A stretch of 64,000 nucleotides of DNA from Tubiluchus corallicola. Taxonomy: Eukaryota > Animalia > Priapulida. The notes beneath the pieces were generated by a model. It was not told where the DNA came from. It worked only from the letters and a program-made list of their open reading frames with translations, and did not search any database. Each line of letters opens with the position of its first letter. Position 1 is the stretch's first letter. A program made the translations under genes and the position numbers. This document shows, piece after piece, positions 62,519-64,000 of this stretch. The stretch is from the NCBI GenBank assembly GCA_030141605.1, contig JAQGDQ010000091.1:1-64000 (forward strand). Direction: 5' to 3'.

Positions 62519-64000
62519 GGTAAATTAGGTCGCCAAAACAAACTTCTTGATTTCAGCAGACTCCAAGTAAGAAGTGTAGGAGTAGAAAGTTTTATTTTCG
62601 AAAAGCTAGTTCACTCGCAAATGTTATACTCATTTATTACAAACTCATGCAAAGTGTTACGTCAAGCACGTCTGACTTTCTAAAATCTCTGTTTCTCCAA
62701 ACAACGGAATCTCCAGGTAAGTTGGCTCACGTGATGCAGGAAAATAGTTAATAAACATTTTCCACCAAGGTTGTATTAAAGTTATCACTTTCACGAAGGG
62801 GCGACGATTGGTCTGATGATAATAAGCCCCGATGATGACACTACAGATCAAATATGACTCGAAAATGAACTTTTCATGTGGACATGGAAAAACTGGCAGA
62901 CCTGTATCTGGAATAAGTAGCATATGCGGTAAGTTTTTACTGACTGAAATTGCCCACTGAGACGTCCAATTACAAATCAACTTTCAAAAGTTAGATTTCA
63001 AATAATTGTTTTAGAAGTGGTCATAATTAACAAAACTTGGGATCACAACGGACCATTTTCCTACCATAATTCCAACATCAATTCTTCGCTAGGTTAACAT
63101 TTTGCAATGTTTCCGCTTAAAAAGCAGGTTTTAAGTATCAAATTGTTGTTAAATTCACTTGGTATTATCCACTTGCAAACAGTTTTGAGACAAAGCCAAG
63201 CAAAAAATATGACAAAATTTGAAAACAAGTTCACACACACCTTCTTCAAGCTCTTCTGAAGGGCAAATCGACCTTATCTAAACTGTAATCAAATATACAA
63301 CACTAGACCCACCATATGACAAGGTGGTAAAGACCACTGAGAGCCACACAGGGAGGACGTCTCTAAGAAATTTCTTAACGGCTTGTCCAATGACTAAGTA
63401 TATGAGCGCAAGTAAAAGCAACAGTAAGGAATGTGTTCTTTATCAAAACGTTGACATTTTCCTTCGTCAAGTTGTTGTGGAGCGTCAGTGTGGTCTTGAT
63501 TTTGACGATGGGACATACTAACCCCTTTAGATATGTCTTTAAACGCCCTCACCTTCAAGCAAAACCAATATCACGACCTAGAAACTTTGTTACTCTATGC
63601 ACTGTAATTTTGTCGTAAAAACTGTTTGCTTTTTGCACAGCGACTGCCAAAACTTTATTAATGTACAACGTTGCACGACCGAAAGTACAATGTTGCACCG
63701 TCTGGTCTGGGGTTCAAACCTACGTGCACAGACGCTAGTGATAAACTCCACGCTAGTGAACTCACCGACAACGCAATGTAAACAAAACTATAATTTATTC
63801 ATTTGCCTATTTCTTTGTCTACTTTTTTTAATTTAATTGAAAGTTAAACTAGTAAAAAGAAGGTTTGCTTATAAAAAGCAAATTTAAAGCCAAAAAGGAA
63901 TATCGTTCTTGATCAGAAGCTCGCTCTTTCTCACCTTCTTTGATAACTTGGCACATACGAATCTTCTTTAAAAAGTATGCACAAATCAATGTGATAGGCA

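Overview
AT-rich eukaryotic (invertebrate animal, probably bilaterian) genomic DNA with GT-AG spliceosomal introns. There are no prokaryotic features such as operons or CRISPR arrays. I reconstructed six intron-containing genes by hand from splice sites and reading phase. (1) SLC22 organic-cation-transporter-like gene, +, 2055-7458. (2) PTP1B/TC-PTP (PTPN1/2) tyrosine phosphatase, -, 20465-12208, with three candidate alternative C-termini. (3) INTS5, +, 25935-29069. (4) A small uncharacterised gene encoding only a degenerate MDR/ADH-type Rossmann domain, +, 31245-41567, with at least three in-frame alternative first exons and a cluster of E-box/CRE motifs. (5) PRDM14, -, 53326-43928. (6) A large Maf bZIP factor, -, 62518-60323, with two extra zipper heptads. 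Non-coding DNA contains hAT-type MITEs with 8-bp target-site duplications (TSDs), Helentron/HINE-like repeats, a probable decayed transposase, many microsatellites, a few hairpins and CTCF-like motifs at gene boundaries. Most short ORFs in the supplied track are spurious or are single exons. The best candidate for something undescribed is the multi-promoter Rossmann-only pseudo-dehydrogenase. All gene models and motif counts were made by eye, without alignment or transcript evidence.
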